64,000 nucleotides of DNA, taken from the sequence record PV295200.1, one strand, 5' to 3'. The position numbers and the translations under genes were made by a program. This DNA comes from Escherichia phage vB_Eco_BCPEco_001. This document shows, piece by piece, positions 20,367-38,470 of the stretch (position 1 is its first letter; each line of letters opens with the position of its first letter). The notes beneath the pieces were generated by a model. The model was not told where the DNA came from, searched no databases, and was given only the letters and a program-made list of their open reading frames with translations.

Positions 20367-21029
20367 ATGAAATATTTAATATATCAAATTACTAATATCA
20401 TCAATGGAAAAATTTACATCGGAGCTCATGCTACTCTTGACGAAAACGATGGTTATATGGGTTCTGGCGTAAACATCAAAAAATCCATCAAAAAATATGG
20501 TATTCATAACTTTAAAAAAGAAATTCTTTATTCTTTCTCCTCATCTGAGGAGATGTATAAAATGGAAGCTTTACTAGTCAATGAGGAATTCGTTATGAGA
20601 ACTGATACTTATAATGCTGCTATTGGTGGTAGAGGAAATCCAGTTATAGTTCATTTGCAAGATCCTTCATATCGTAATATGTTATCAATGCGAACAAAAG
20701 AAGGAATGACTGCGGAAGCTAAACGAAAAATATCAAAGGCAAAAACAGGCGTTAAGCAATCTGATGAAACTATTACGAAGCGAGTTAAAGGGCGCAATGA
20801 ATATTATAAAACACATGTTCATCCACGAAAAAATAAACCTATATCGATTTCACATCGTAAAGCTATTTCTGAAAAACTTGGTGGTATTAAAAAATTTATT
20901 CCAATATGTATAAAGGGCGTTAAATTTGATAATCCTGATTACGCAGCGGAGCATTTTAAAGTTAGTCCTAAAACTATTCGCAATTGGATAAATGCGGATG
21001 ATATGCCTGATTGCTATCGTATAAAATAG
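20367..21029 (+). CDS. segD: GIY-YIG homing endonuclease, SegD-like
   Basis: N-terminal KYLIYQITNIINGKIYIGAH...DGYMGSG GIY-YIG motif; located between 23 and 24 on opposite strand as T4 segD; start taken at ATG 20367 with GGAG SD. Confidence 0.8.
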   Translation: MKYLIYQITNIINGKIYIGAHATLDENDGYMGSGVNIKKSIKKYGIHNFKKEILYSFSSSEEMYKMEALLVNEEFVMRTDTYNAAIGGRGNPVIVHLQDPSYRNMLSMRTKEGMTAEAKRKISKAKTGVKQSDETITKRVKGRNEYYKTHVHPRKNKPISISHRKAISEKLGGIKKFIPICIKGVKFDNPDYAAEHFKVSPKTIRNWINADDMPDCYRIK

Positions 21030-21034
21030 AAAAA

Positions 21035-21052
21035 GGGAACCCGAAGGTTCCC
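21035..21052. terminator. terminator after gene 23 (and segD)
   Basis: GGGAACC-CGAA-GGTTCCC; T-run follows on the minus strand. Confidence 0.65.
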
Positions 21053-21078
21053 TAAAATTGTGTTTCTATCGTTAGAGA

Positions 21079-22644
21079 TTAGATACCTTTAACATATACA
21101 CGTCTAAAGTAAGCGTTTTTACCAAGGCTATTCAGAATAGAAGGCATACCGCTCTGGATGCGAGAAGCCGGAGCCTGAGCAGCGGATTCTGCAAATGGGT
21201 TGATACCGATACCGTAACGAGTTTTGAATCCCATTACCGGTTGGAAGTTCTTCGGATCGGAACCACGCAGCGGAGTCAGAGCTACATATGGAGCATAGTA
21301 AATACCAGCATCCATTTCGTTCGGACCTTTATAACCTACAGTGAAATAATCCTGTTTAGCATACTGGTCGATATATACACGGTATTTACCACCCAGAACA
21401 CCAGCAAATACTGACTTGGTAGTATCAGTGTTGAAGCCAGTAGCCAGACCCTGTGCAGCATAAGAAATGCCGGTATCAACTGAAGCCAGAACGTTAACTA
21501 CGTTACGGGAAGCGATAATGAAGTTACCTTCACCACGACCAGTCTGACGAGCAATTTCAACTGCTTCTTTGTCAATCTGGAACAACAGAGCTTTAAAGGA
21601 TTCACCTGCCCAGCGAGCACCACGAATATCGATTGGGTCTTGGAAGTCAAATACACCAGCTTTAGAACCCGGAGTCAGGGTCATACCAGATTTACCAACC
21701 TGAGCTGAGTAGTTAATCCAATCAACAACTTCACGGTTGATTTCCAGCATAATTTCTGTAGCCAGAATACCAGACAGTTCAGCATCAGCATCCATACCGT
21801 GAACAGCGCGGAGGTCTTGTGCTAATTCGATAGAGTAAGCAGCTTTCAGCTGACGAGATTTAGCTTCGATAACTTGTTTATCGATACGGAAGCCCATTTC
21901 ATTCCATGGGTTATCGGTAGAACCGTTGAAACCTTCCTGAAGTTCAGCGATAGAAGTAGCCATACCTTCAGCGATTTCTACCAGTACACCAGCTTCCATT
22001 TGTTTCTTAACTTCGGCATCTAATTTAGCAGCATCAGTCGCACCAGCATCGATTGTTACTACAGCGGAAGCTTGCAGATACACGGTACCAGTTTCCTGGA
22101 AGAAGTGAGTATAGATATCACCTACAACGGTTTGTGTGCTAGCAGCCAGAGCTGGGAATTTCTTAGCAGCACCCTGACCAGAGAACATTGCATCTGGACC
22201 ATACATCGGATGGAATGCTTCTTTAGCACCGGAAGCGATTGGATCTTTACCATATACTGCGCGCAGTGCGAATACCTGGCCAGTCGGGCTGTTCATCGGC
22301 TGAACACCACAAATATCGAAAGCAATCAGGTTAGGAATAGCACGACGTACCATACCCATAACAGCTGGGCCAATCTGAGTCACTGCGCCAGAAGTCTGAC
22401 CAGCAGCGATGTTAGTAGCATTGTAACCGTGGTCACCACCGATTTCAGCTTCTGTTAAGAAAGAACCGAATGCCTGAGCAATTTTTTCGTCTTTATATTC
22501 CGGAGCTGTCTGGAAATCTTTTTCCTGGTTTTCAAAGATTTTAGCGATAATCGCTTGTTTGCTATTAGCAATTTCCGGTAAACCTTCACCTTCCAGTAAT
22601 GGCTTCCATTTGTTCAAAAGTTCAGCTTTAGTTTTGATAGTCAT
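21079..22644 (-). CDS. 23: major capsid protein gp23
   Basis: 521 aa, N-terminus MTIKTKAELLNKWKPLLEGEG matches T4 gp23; high-expression codon usage; strong terminator downstream. Confidence 0.95.
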   Translation of the reverse strand: MTIKTKAELLNKWKPLLEGEGLPEIANSKQAIIAKIFENQEKDFQTAPEYKDEKIAQAFGSFLTEAEIGGDHGYNATNIAAGQTSGAVTQIGPAVMGMVRRAIPNLIAFDICGVQPMNSPTGQVFALRAVYGKDPIASGAKEAFHPMYGPDAMFSGQGAAKKFPALAASTQTVVGDIYTHFFQETGTVYLQASAVVTIDAGATDAAKLDAEVKKQMEAGVLVEIAEGMATSIAELQEGFNGSTDNPWNEMGFRIDKQVIEAKSRQLKAAYSIELAQDLRAVHGMDADAELSGILATEIMLEINREVVDWINYSAQVGKSGMTLTPGSKAGVFDFQDPIDIRGARWAGESFKALLFQIDKEAVEIARQTGRGEGNFIIASRNVVNVLASVDTGISYAAQGLATGFNTDTTKSVFAGVLGGKYRVYIDQYAKQDYFTVGYKGPNEMDAGIYYAPYVALTPLRGSDPKNFQPVMGFKTRYGIGINPFAESAAQAPASRIQSGMPSILNSLGKNAYFRRVYVKGI

Positions 22645-22662
22645 TTGTGTTAACCTTTAAAA

Positions 22663-23472
22663 TTAGAAACGAGATGCGACTTTCGCATATACACTTACAA
22701 TATCTTCTGCACCCTGTGCAGCTTTATCTTCTACAGCTTCAGTGACGAAATTCAGTCCGGCTGCTTCAGTATCAGGAGTATTTATACTCTCAGTAATAGT
22801 GCTTTCATCTTTATTAGATTTCTTCACCATTTCTACGATTGCACTCAATTTACTTGAGAATGCATCTGAATAATCCATACCTTCGACCAGAGCAGAGACT
22901 TTTTCTTTTTGAGACTCAGTCAGATCTTTAGTACTTTCGCTCAATGCCACTTCACGCTGCACATAATTGATATATGCGTCACGCTTATTGAGTTCTTCGA
23001 ACAGACGAGCTGATTCTTCTTTATGTTCTTGCAGCTCTTCTTCCATTTCAGCTACAACATCAACTGATTCTTCTGGAACAACAACGTTGTGTTCAACAAA
23101 GAGCTCTTTTAATCCACCAAGCATGGATTCAAACAGTTCGGCTTTGATACCTTTATCAACTGCTAATTTATTTTCAGCGAGCCATTCTTTCGCAAGATGG
23201 TCAAGGAATTTAGAAGCTTGCTCAGCGATTTTCTTCTCAGCTTTTTCTTCGGCTTCTTCTTTATTTTTTTCTACTTCTTCTTCTGCTTTTTCAGCAATTT
23301 TAGCGATATGAGATTCAGCTAATTTAACGGCGTGCTGCTTGACGGTAGCTTCGAATACAGTGCCGAAAGTTTCTTTTGCTTCCGGAGAAATATTAACTGA
23401 TTCGAAAATACTATCAAGAGCAACGGAAGCATCAATTTTCTGCGCTTCGGCAATCAGTTGTTCTTTAAGCAT
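22663..23472 (-). CDS. 22: prohead core scaffold protein gp22
   Basis: 269 aa, acidic helical scaffold, synteny 21-22-23. Confidence 0.9.
   Translation of the reverse strand: MLKEQLIAEAQKIDASVALDSIFESVNISPEAKETFGTVFEATVKQHAVKLAESHIAKIAEKAEEEVEKNKEEAEEKAEKKIAEQASKFLDHLAKEWLAENKLAVDKGIKAELFESMLGGLKELFVEHNVVVPEESVDVVAEMEEELQEHKEESARLFEELNKRDAYINYVQREVALSESTKDLTESQKEKVSALVEGMDYSDAFSSKLSAIVEMVKKSNKDESTITESINTPDTEAAGLNFVTEAVEDKAAQGAEDIVSVYAKVASRF
22779..22786 (-). promoter_or_regulatory. late promoter TATAAATA (gene 23), inside 3' end of gene 22
   Basis: Exact box on minus strand about 135 bp upstream of gp23 ATG. Confidence 0.65.
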
Positions 23473-23499
23473 TTTGTAGTCCTGTTGTTTAGATAATAA

Positions 23500-23507
23500 T
23501 ATTTATA
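23500..23507 (-). promoter_or_regulatory. late promoter TATAAATA (gene 22)
   Basis: Exact box on minus strand 28 bp upstream of gp22 ATG. Confidence 0.75.
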
Positions 23508-24141
23508 ACGCTTTTTTCATGGCCTCTGCGAGAGCCATATAGGCGTCATCGGCACTTGTATCGGCTTCCGCCGTCTGTGATTCGGTAATTTCCTTAGGAG
23601 TTACCCATGCATCTGGAGCACTTGGACCCCATACTGCATCAACACCTACAGTTAATTTGAATCCTTCGTTTACGATACGATAACCTTTATTTGTGTCAGT
23701 CAATGAACCTAATCCACGAGAAGAAACTCCTGGAATCCATCCGGCACGAATATTAGCTGCTAATTTATCTCCAGGACCGTGGTCACCTTCAATAACACGA
23801 GCTCGTCCGTATACGTCATTTCCTTTCCACCACATATCTTCTATAATGATAGCGGCTTGCATCGGGTCAACATTAGCGCGTGGAGGATGATTTAATTCTC
23901 CGAGAGCTTGTTTAGTTAAAACTTGCTCATTAATATAGTCTTTTACCGCTTTTTCTAATATACGTTTTGGATAAAGACGTTTATTTCTATTGACGACTTC
24001 CGCTTGCATGAATATTCCTTCGATGTATAAACCCGGTTTTAAACCTAAGTCTTTTCCATCATGAGATTCAAGCATTGGTACGCCATCAATAATTTCGCCA
24101 GGTTGACCCCAAGTTTCAATTAGTAATTGGGGTTCATTCAT
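23503..24141 (-). CDS. 21: prohead core protease gp21
   Basis: 212 aa, size and synteny match T4 gp21. Confidence 0.9.
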   Translation of the reverse strand: MNEPQLLIETWGQPGEIIDGVPMLESHDGKDLGLKPGLYIEGIFMQAEVVNRNKRLYPKRILEKAVKDYINEQVLTKQALGELNHPPRANVDPMQAAIIIEDMWWKGNDVYGRARVIEGDHGPGDKLAANIRAGWIPGVSSRGLGSLTDTNKGYRIVNEGFKLTVGVDAVWGPSAPDAWVTPKEITESQTAEADTSADDAYMALAEAMKKAL

Positions 24142-24566
24142 TAGCTTAATCCTAATGCTTTACGGCGTTTAAGAGCTTTTTTACGCTTACGCTGAGCACG
24201 AGATTGACCTGCTGGATTGGCAATCTTCGTTTTGGTAGCTTTACGAGCAATTTGTCTACGTTTTGCTTTAGACAACCCGGTAGTTTGAAATGCATTACGT
24301 TCGCGGGTTTTGCGATCTTTAGTGCGAGTAATTTCACCACGGGCAGAAACATGTTTAACGATAAATTCATTTAACGGCATATTTTCATTAATAGAAGCTA
24401 ATGCAACCGCTAAATCAGTTTCATCATCAAGCATATTCTCGACAATTGTATTTATATCGTCTTTATTTAAAGCAGAAGACAATTCGTCAAAGCGACCCTG
24501 TGCTTCAGGAATAAGTGCTTCGACATTCTCGAGAACTAATTCATGAGTTTCAGGGATCAGAAGCAT
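24141..24566 (-). CDS. 68: prohead core protein gp68
   Basis: 141 aa with basic C-terminus, position between 21 and 67. Confidence 0.8.
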
Positions 24567-24798
24567 TATTCATCATCCTCGTCTTCGTCAGAGTCTTTGT
24601 CTTTTTTGTCGTCTTTATCATCACTATCTTCGTCATCATCCTCGTCATCAGGTTCTTCACCTTCGATTAAGAAATTACGAGCGATAGCGATTTTTTCTTC
24701 TTTAATTAAATCAGTCGTTCTTGCAGCCATGGCTTCAGCAAATAATTTACGAGCGGCTACGAGGTCGTTTGATTTAATAGCTTCAATTAAACCTTCCA

Positions 24799-24799
<1 letters not shown>
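24566..24799 (-). CDS. 67: prohead core protein gp67
   Basis: 77 aa with poly-D/E acidic tail, position between 68 and 20. Confidence 0.8.
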
Positions 24800-26424
<1,625 letters not shown>

Positions 26425-26456
26425 TTAAGCAGGATGGGGATTTCTCCCCATTCATT

Positions 26457-26948
26457 TTATTCCCAATAATCGAGAGCGAGAGTTACTTCAAAGGTTTGGA
26501 TTTCATTGTTTGAATCCCAATCTAATTGAAGTTCACCCACGTTAGTAGGCCACAGACCTTTAATTTCAATTTCTTTTGTTACTGTTTTAGCGTCACGAGC
26601 ATATTGACGAACGATAGCGCTCTTTTTATACTCTGCAGGTTTTCCACCAGTAATTTCGTTTCCTTGACCAGCAGCAATGCTTTGCCAATCAACAAACTTC
26701 TGGCGAGCATCATGAGCTTCATCGTTCATTACTGTAACAGTCCAGTCATCGAATGTACGATCGCCTGCTACGTTAATTTTACGGTTCATAAATCCGACTG
26801 GAATTTTTTCTACAATACCAGCTGGTAAAGCAGTGGCTTTACATTGGAATGTAAAATTTTGTCCAAGATAAGAAATTTCTACTTGGAATAAGTTAGGTCG
26901 AGCAAAATCACCAGATTCAAACGCTCGTGTTACATCATCTACAAACAT
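26457..26948 (-). CDS. 19: tail tube protein gp19
   Basis: 163 aa, size identical to T4 gp19, late promoter upstream. Confidence 0.9.
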   Translation of the reverse strand: MFVDDVTRAFESGDFARPNLFQVEISYLGQNFTFQCKATALPAGIVEKIPVGFMNRKINVAGDRTFDDWTVTVMNDEAHDARQKFVDWQSIAAGQGNEITGGKPAEYKKSAIVRQYARDAKTVTKEIEIKGLWPTNVGELQLDWDSNNEIQTFEVTLALDYWE

Positions 26949-26962
26949 ATTAGCCTCTGTAG

Positions 26963-26970
26963 TATTTATA
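26963..26970 (-). promoter_or_regulatory. late promoter TATAAATA (gene 19)
   Basis: Exact box on minus strand 15 bp upstream of gp19 ATG. Confidence 0.7.
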
Positions 26971-27064
26971 TCCCTATGTTTAACCTAGGGCATATAGAAT
27001 TAAAGAATTAAGGATATAGTGTATTTATATGGCCTGCCGAAACAGGCCTTTAGAATGCACCATA

Positions 27065-29044
27065 TTAACCAGCAAGACCAGTTAACTCATCGAAATCTGC
27101 ACCAGTAGCAGTCGCAACGAAGTTAAGCTGGATATAATTTATACTGCGCGCCGGTTGGATGTAGAATGTTGCAACAAACTCATTTCTATCAATTACTGAC
27201 GGAGTGTTATTTGTTGTATCGCAAACTACACGATATTCATAAATTCCGCCAAGAGCTTTAATTCCTTGCAAGTACTGAGCAGTTTCTGTACGGAATGAAG
27301 AACGAGTAAACGCATTGTTTAATTCGAACAAACGATATTTTGAACTACGTCCGATATTCGTTTTCAACATATTAAACAGACGACGAACGTTAATACGATC
27401 AAACGGAGAAGGAACAGAAGTAGCTGTTTTATCACCATACAATACGTAACCATCACCACCTGTACCAGTTACCGGGTTGATAGCTTCTTGGTATAAACGG
27501 TCGCGCTGAGCCTGGCGAGTTTCAATAGCCAGTTTAATAACGTTCAAAATTTGGCCACGATTATAACCAGCTGGAGACATCCAAGTCTGAGATACGTTAT
27601 CAGTTCTTGCGCATAAACCAGCAATATCAGCTGCTAATGGAACCCAACGATTCACATCATTATATTTGTCATACTGATATTTGTAGTTACCATCAATTGC
27701 TGCGTAGGTTGAACTAATATTAAAGTTATTATCAGTATATGAACCTGTGGCAGTTCTCCAATTGACTAAGTTATCAACAGCACGGGTTACAGGAATTCCA
27801 ACTACAGTTTCACGCGGAGGAGAGCACAATACTAAGCAATCTTGGCGAGCATCCCCAATTGAAACGACGTGTTTTTGGACAGTAGATGCTGTTTCTAAAG
27901 ATTCACCGGCACAAGAACCCGCAATAAACAGTTGAACATCAACAGATTCACGGTCAGCAAAGAAGTCCCAAGCTTCCATCAAATCTCCTGCTGTAACTTC
28001 AGCATTTGATGATAATCCACCAGAAAGAGTTAAAATTCCAGAGAATCCTTCTGGCCAGTTTTGTGCAGTTGCAAAAATATATTCTGAACCACCTTTTGCG
28101 AAAAAGTCATCGATATAGATGTTACTATCGTAAATATCTTTTTCACCACGCTTAGTTGAAAGAACAACGCTTTGAACAATAGCATCATTTCGACGAACTA
28201 TAATAGCGTACTGTGAGTCAGTCTGCGGCCCATATCCAAATACTGCCTTGGCAGTAGATGCACGAGTACCACCACCTGGATAAATTGGCAGTAATGCAGA
28301 AGCGCCTTTCGCATAGTCAGCTTTAGATACGATTTCAATTTCAATTTTATCGCCTAATTCGCCTGGATAGAGAGCTACTACTCCTGGAATTCCATATTTT
28401 TCAAGATTTGCCTGAAAATCAACTGCTGTCATAGCAGTTTCAGCGCTCTCGATTTCAGCTAATAAAATACCGGAATCAGTAATAATTTTTCCAAGAGTTA
28501 TTACTGCAGCTAAACCGGAAGAAGATGAAGAAATTTCTGCAGTCCAGTTAGAACCTAATGTTGGGTATTCGCCAACTTCTTTAGCTTTAGCAATAATTTT
28601 TGCAGTAGGAATATTAATTTTCTTAATTTTTCCATCAGCATCTACTTCGGTAATTTTACCTTCTGTTTCAACATCTTCTGAAACATATTTGACCGTGATT
28701 TTATCTCCAACCGCGTAGTTACTACCTGGGGTAGAAATTGTGTATTCAATATTACCAGCAATCGGAGATGAGTTTTTAGCGGTATCTCTATCGACAGCGC
28801 GCACAACTCGCAAATCATTTCCATATTGTAAGAAATTCATTGCAGACATAAAATAGTCAGCAGTTTCAGCTGTAGGTTGACCAAAAGTATTAACTAAATC
28901 TACTTCGTTTGTAACCTGTTTAATCTGAAAAGCAGGACCCCACTGGAATTTACCGGCCAAAGCTGCTGTACCAGTAGAGTTATTAACCACGGTGCTTTGA
29001 ACCGTAGTTTCTTTGAGCTCAATGCCCGGAGATAATAAAGTCAT
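27065..29044 (-). CDS. 18: tail sheath protein gp18
   Basis: 659 aa, size identical to T4 gp18, late promoter upstream. Confidence 0.95.
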   Translation of the reverse strand: MTLLSPGIELKETTVQSTVVNNSTGTAALAGKFQWGPAFQIKQVTNEVDLVNTFGQPTAETADYFMSAMNFLQYGNDLRVVRAVDRDTAKNSSPIAGNIEYTISTPGSNYAVGDKITVKYVSEDVETEGKITEVDADGKIKKINIPTAKIIAKAKEVGEYPTLGSNWTAEISSSSSGLAAVITLGKIITDSGILLAEIESAETAMTAVDFQANLEKYGIPGVVALYPGELGDKIEIEIVSKADYAKGASALLPIYPGGGTRASTAKAVFGYGPQTDSQYAIIVRRNDAIVQSVVLSTKRGEKDIYDSNIYIDDFFAKGGSEYIFATAQNWPEGFSGILTLSGGLSSNAEVTAGDLMEAWDFFADRESVDVQLFIAGSCAGESLETASTVQKHVVSIGDARQDCLVLCSPPRETVVGIPVTRAVDNLVNWRTATGSYTDNNFNISSTYAAIDGNYKYQYDKYNDVNRWVPLAADIAGLCARTDNVSQTWMSPAGYNRGQILNVIKLAIETRQAQRDRLYQEAINPVTGTGGDGYVLYGDKTATSVPSPFDRINVRRLFNMLKTNIGRSSKYRLFELNNAFTRSSFRTETAQYLQGIKALGGIYEYRVVCDTTNNTPSVIDRNEFVATFYIQPARSINYIQLNFVATATGADFDELTGLAG

Positions 29045-29072
29045 TTTTAATCCTCTTTAATATGCTTTAATA

Positions 29073-32213
<3,141 letters not shown>

Positions 32214-32254
32214 GATTTCTCCTAATCTGGGCTTTAATTAGTTTATAATATTTA

Positions 32255-34765
<2,511 letters not shown>

Positions 34766-34796
34766 TTAAAATCCTTTGGGGCCTTGCGGCCCCATG

Positions 34797-36254
34797 TTAT
34801 GCTGGTGATAAAAAGGTAGAAAGTAGTACCCATTCGCCGTCTTTACGAACGTAAGCTTGCCCATCTCTTGGAGCTTCAGGAATATAACCTGCTTCTTGTA
34901 GATCTTGAACGCTGCTCTGTAAAGAGGATATATCGTCTTTAACTGTATTTACTTCCTGCGTGACTGCCGCAATGTTAGTTTCATTCGTTTTTACAGAATT
35001 AGTTAATCCTCGTTCTTCAACAGTTGATCCGTCAGGATTATTTCCATTTATAAGTGAAGTAAGTTCAATAACTTGACCTTTAATTCCTGTTCTATTATTT
35101 CCTATTTCAACTTGTATATTTTGAACATTATTGTTTAAAACTGAAACTTCTCCTTCAAGCACTGAAACTTTATTTAATAGAGATCCAGAAGGAGACGGTT
35201 GTCCTCCGCTGGAGTCAGTTCCAACAATTTGATTTAACCACGAAACATTCGCTCTTAAACCAGACGAAGTGTTTTCACCAACAATTCCGTTTAAAGACTC
35301 AATAGAAGTTGTGTGATTTTTAATTTTTCCTTTAATACTAGAAGGAATATCATCTGAACCTATAGAAGTTTCAATAGCCGTTAAGCGCTGTTTAACACCT
35401 TCACTCTGATTTAATTCATTATTAATAGATTCAATGCTACTTTTGTTATTATTAATTTCTGTTATTATAGAAACATTTTCTGGGTATCCAATAGAAGATT
35501 TAATTTCTGCTATATCAGAATTTATTAAAGTTTGTTTATCATCTATAGTGTTTAATCTATTATAAATATTTGGTCCAAAATCTACTGGTTTATTACCAAG
35601 TTCATCGCGTAATTTACCAACTTCAACCGTCAATGATCCTACGTCAGATTCAGTAAATTTATTTTCTAATTCACTTAAACGAATGCCTTGTGAAGATAAT
35701 AATGTACTATTTGTTATTATTCTATGTTTCATTCCTGTGCTAGCATTACCAACAACAGGAAGACCGTTAATGTCTTGGCCAGAATATTGCCCTAGTTCTT
35801 GTTTAATCCACAATAAATCATTTCTAATTGTTCTATAAACAGAGTTTTCTTCATCATTAAATGGACCTATATCAGCAATAATTTTGTCAACTGTATTATT
35901 AGTTCCAGTTAATATATCAGTGTGTTCATTAGTAAGTGTCTTTAAATTTGATATGTCATTTTTATTAACACTGATCTGCGATAGTGCTTCTATATCTCCT
36001 GATACATCTAAAACTCCTTGAATTGTTTTAATATCTTTCTGCGATGTTTCAATGGCAGTTTTAAGAATTCCTATATTTTCGTCAAGAACCTCAACATTTT
36101 TAAACACGGAAACAATTGGTCTATTCATTGATCCATCGTTTCCATACTTAGTGCTAGCTCCTAGTATTTCTTCACCATTTTTAATCCATGAAATACGTTC
36201 CTGACCTTCATCAGGAACGCTATCAACAAAAGGTAACTCTTTTAATTCAATCAT
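34797..36254 (-). CDS. wac: fibritin (whiskers)
   Basis: 485 aa coiled-coil ending in foldon [27 protein letters not shown]. Confidence 0.95.
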   Translation of the reverse strand: MIELKELPFVDSVPDEGQERISWIKNGEEILGASTKYGNDGSMNRPIVSVFKNVEVLDENIGILKTAIETSQKDIKTIQGVLDVSGDIEALSQISVNKNDISNLKTLTNEHTDILTGTNNTVDKIIADIGPFNDEENSVYRTIRNDLLWIKQELGQYSGQDINGLPVVGNASTGMKHRIITNSTLLSSQGIRLSELENKFTESDVGSLTVEVGKLRDELGNKPVDFGPNIYNRLNTIDDKQTLINSDIAEIKSSIGYPENVSIITEINNNKSSIESINNELNQSEGVKQRLTAIETSIGSDDIPSSIKGKIKNHTTSIESLNGIVGENTSSGLRANVSWLNQIVGTDSSGGQPSPSGSLLNKVSVLEGEVSVLNNNVQNIQVEIGNNRTGIKGQVIELTSLINGNNPDGSTVEERGLTNSVKTNETNIAAVTQEVNTVKDDISSLQSSVQDLQEAGYIPEAPRDGQAYVRKDGEWVLLSTFLSPA

Positions 36255-36263
36255 TTGTAATCC

Positions 36264-37814
36264 TTAGTAATGAATTTTAATAATATAGTTTAATGATATA
36301 TTCCATGGTCTAGTTTCATAACCAATTAATCCTTCACGATTAAGTGTACCATGAGCATCTCTCGGTCCACCTAATTCAAATCCATCATTAGTGAAGTATG
36401 AAGCATTATCCCAGTCGGAATATTTTCTAGTTCCAAGATATCCTTGATAAACTGACGCGCCAAATGGACCTTCACTTCTGTTATATTCTCCCCAACCACC
36501 GGCGTGTTTATGGTATGACATTTGTTGTGCCTGGACACCACCAACATGCATTCCGTCACATCCTACACCAAGTCTATCCTTTCCATAACCATCTTGTCCT
36601 CGTTGATTTAAAATATGACCGCCAGTACCGGCTCCTCTGACGAAAAGACCTCGCATATCAGGAATACCAGGATTATTCCAATCACCACCAAATCTTGATC
36701 CAACTACGTTTCTATAATCAGGAAATTGGTCACCTGACACGGTTCCACCGTGACACATAATCCAACCTGGAGGTGCTGAATCACCCGCAAACATCATAAT
36801 AGTTCCAACCGGAACTCGTTCGGACGCATATCTTTCAGTGGCAACAGGTTGATCGCCATTTTTCCACATTCCGCCGCGCGACCAAATTCCGTTTGCTGTA
36901 AGATGGTCTAAATTTAAAGAACCATTAATAGTTTGTCCACCACGCGTATTAATTACATCTGCGTTCCACGCTAATGCTCCAGAACTATCACCTTCAGGGG
37001 CAATACCGGCTTGCGTCGTTAATTTAACTACTCCACGCATAGAACCAGTAGCTCCTCGACCATTTAGTGTTTCACCTGTTACTGCAACATCTCCTAAATT
37101 ACTGTTAATTTCCGATTGTGTTCCTAAACGTATAACACCCTTATATTCTTGTGTTGCAACAGAATTCATAAAGGTATACGGAGAAATTGCATATCCTTCG
37201 CGGAGAGTTCCTTGACGAGTTTGCGCAACAGTTGATAATTGAACCACACCTCTCACAGATTCTGATGCAGTATCTTCGGAAGGAGCTATTTGTGAAATTA
37301 ATTTTATTGCGAGTTTTTGGGTTTTTAGCGGAGTCATCGCCGTAGTATCATCAACACCAGCCAAAGCTGCAGGTGTTGATGATATTTTAATAACCCCGTT
37401 TGATGACTCAGACGAATATCTATTTTGGAACACATCGTCAGTATGGTATTTCAGTTTTTGTGGCGTTATTGATGAATTATTATCTGAGCCTTCTAATGTT
37501 TCTTCATTTGTTGAATAGCGCGTTAAACCATACTTAGTTTCAGTAGCATTTGGATACAATAGTCTTGTTGCTAATGTAGCTGGTGTAACGATTTTAGAAT
37601 TATTTGTTCCATCTAAAACCTCTTGCTCCGATGCAATCATTGCTATTCCTTTAACTTCCATAGTTGCATCAGGAATACCATTTACGCCGATATTACTTAT
37701 TTTTGATAATGCAGACTGCACTGTCGTAACAGTGTCAGGAAAATTCGATCCTACTGGATCGAATTTAACATATTTTGATTCATTTGATACGTGCTGATAT
37801 GTATTGTTACTCAT
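36264..37814 (-). CDS. 12: short tail fiber gp12
   Basis: 516 aa, Gly-rich C-terminal receptor-binding domain with zinc-site His (HKHAGGWGE), synteny 11-12-wac. Confidence 0.9.
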   Translation of the reverse strand: MSNNTYQHVSNESKYVKFDPVGSNFPDTVTTVQSALSKISNIGVNGIPDATMEVKGIAMIASEQEVLDGTNNSKIVTPATLATRLLYPNATETKYGLTRYSTNEETLEGSDNNSSITPQKLKYHTDDVFQNRYSSESSNGVIKISSTPAALAGVDDTTAMTPLKTQKLAIKLISQIAPSEDTASESVRGVVQLSTVAQTRQGTLREGYAISPYTFMNSVATQEYKGVIRLGTQSEINSNLGDVAVTGETLNGRGATGSMRGVVKLTTQAGIAPEGDSSGALAWNADVINTRGGQTINGSLNLDHLTANGIWSRGGMWKNGDQPVATERYASERVPVGTIMMFAGDSAPPGWIMCHGGTVSGDQFPDYRNVVGSRFGGDWNNPGIPDMRGLFVRGAGTGGHILNQRGQDGYGKDRLGVGCDGMHVGGVQAQQMSYHKHAGGWGEYNRSEGPFGASVYQGYLGTRKYSDWDNASYFTNDGFELGGPRDAHGTLNREGLIGYETRPWNISLNYIIKIHY

Positions 37815-38470
37815 GCTATTCTCTCAAAATAATAAAATACTGTAGGTTGTGTGTGACTATCTAGCGTGACAGTTTGCGCACCTAATAATTGCCACGTTCC
37901 GTACCCAGGTTTAGAAGGAGAAATTATTTCCTGTTTGAAAGTAATTCCTTTATCAGAGTATTGTTCTAAGATATGTTCTTGGTTATCTAAATACTTAACT
38001 TGTATTTTATTTCCTATGGTAGGATGGTCTTCAAATGAATCAATTGCAATAAATTTTACAACCATTTCCTGTAGAGCTATTCTAACAGCACTAGTAAATT
38101 CGATTGAAGTCATTCCATTAGTAGCTTTAACTGGAATACCAAACATGTTAACAATAACTGGATCACCTGGTTTGGCTGAAGTATCAGTAACGGTTCCTTC
38201 AAATGACCAATAGTCGGTTTGTTGCACGCCAGTAGGAGATACGCCGCTTATATTAATTAATACAGCTCCAACCTGTTGCTCTGCCATATTTCTAACATCA
38301 TTGATAGCAGATTCTACATTTGAGTCATAAAAACCTTTTGCTATTTGTGAAATTGTTACAGCGCCTACCGGCTGATTATTCATAACCGAAATATCATTTT
38401 TCTTAGTTCTAAAACCAAGAAAATCTGCTAAGCGGGAAATAACTCCCGCTTTATTATTAAGTAAACTCAT
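37811..38470 (-). CDS. 11: baseplate wedge / short fiber connector gp11
   Basis: Start taken at ATG 38470 overlapping gp10 stop (TAATG) giving 219 aa as T4 gp11. Confidence 0.85.
   Translation of the reverse strand: MSLLNNKAGVISRLADFLGFRTKKNDISVMNNQPVGAVTISQIAKGFYDSNVESAINDVRNMAEQQVGAVLINISGVSPTGVQQTDYWSFEGTVTDTSAKPGDPVIVNMFGIPVKATNGMTSIEFTSAVRIALQEMVVKFIAIDSFEDHPTIGNKIQVKYLDNQEHILEQYSDKGITFKQEIISPSKPGYGTWQLLGAQTVTLDSHTQPTVFYYFERIA

Noticed and set aside
34778-34793. GGGGCC-TTGC-GGCCCC hairpin between wac and gene 13 as a terminator
   Set aside because: On the minus (coding) strand the hairpin is not followed by a U-tract, and genes wac and 13 are probably co-transcribed; more likely an RNA stability or processing stem-loop, so not listed as a terminator.
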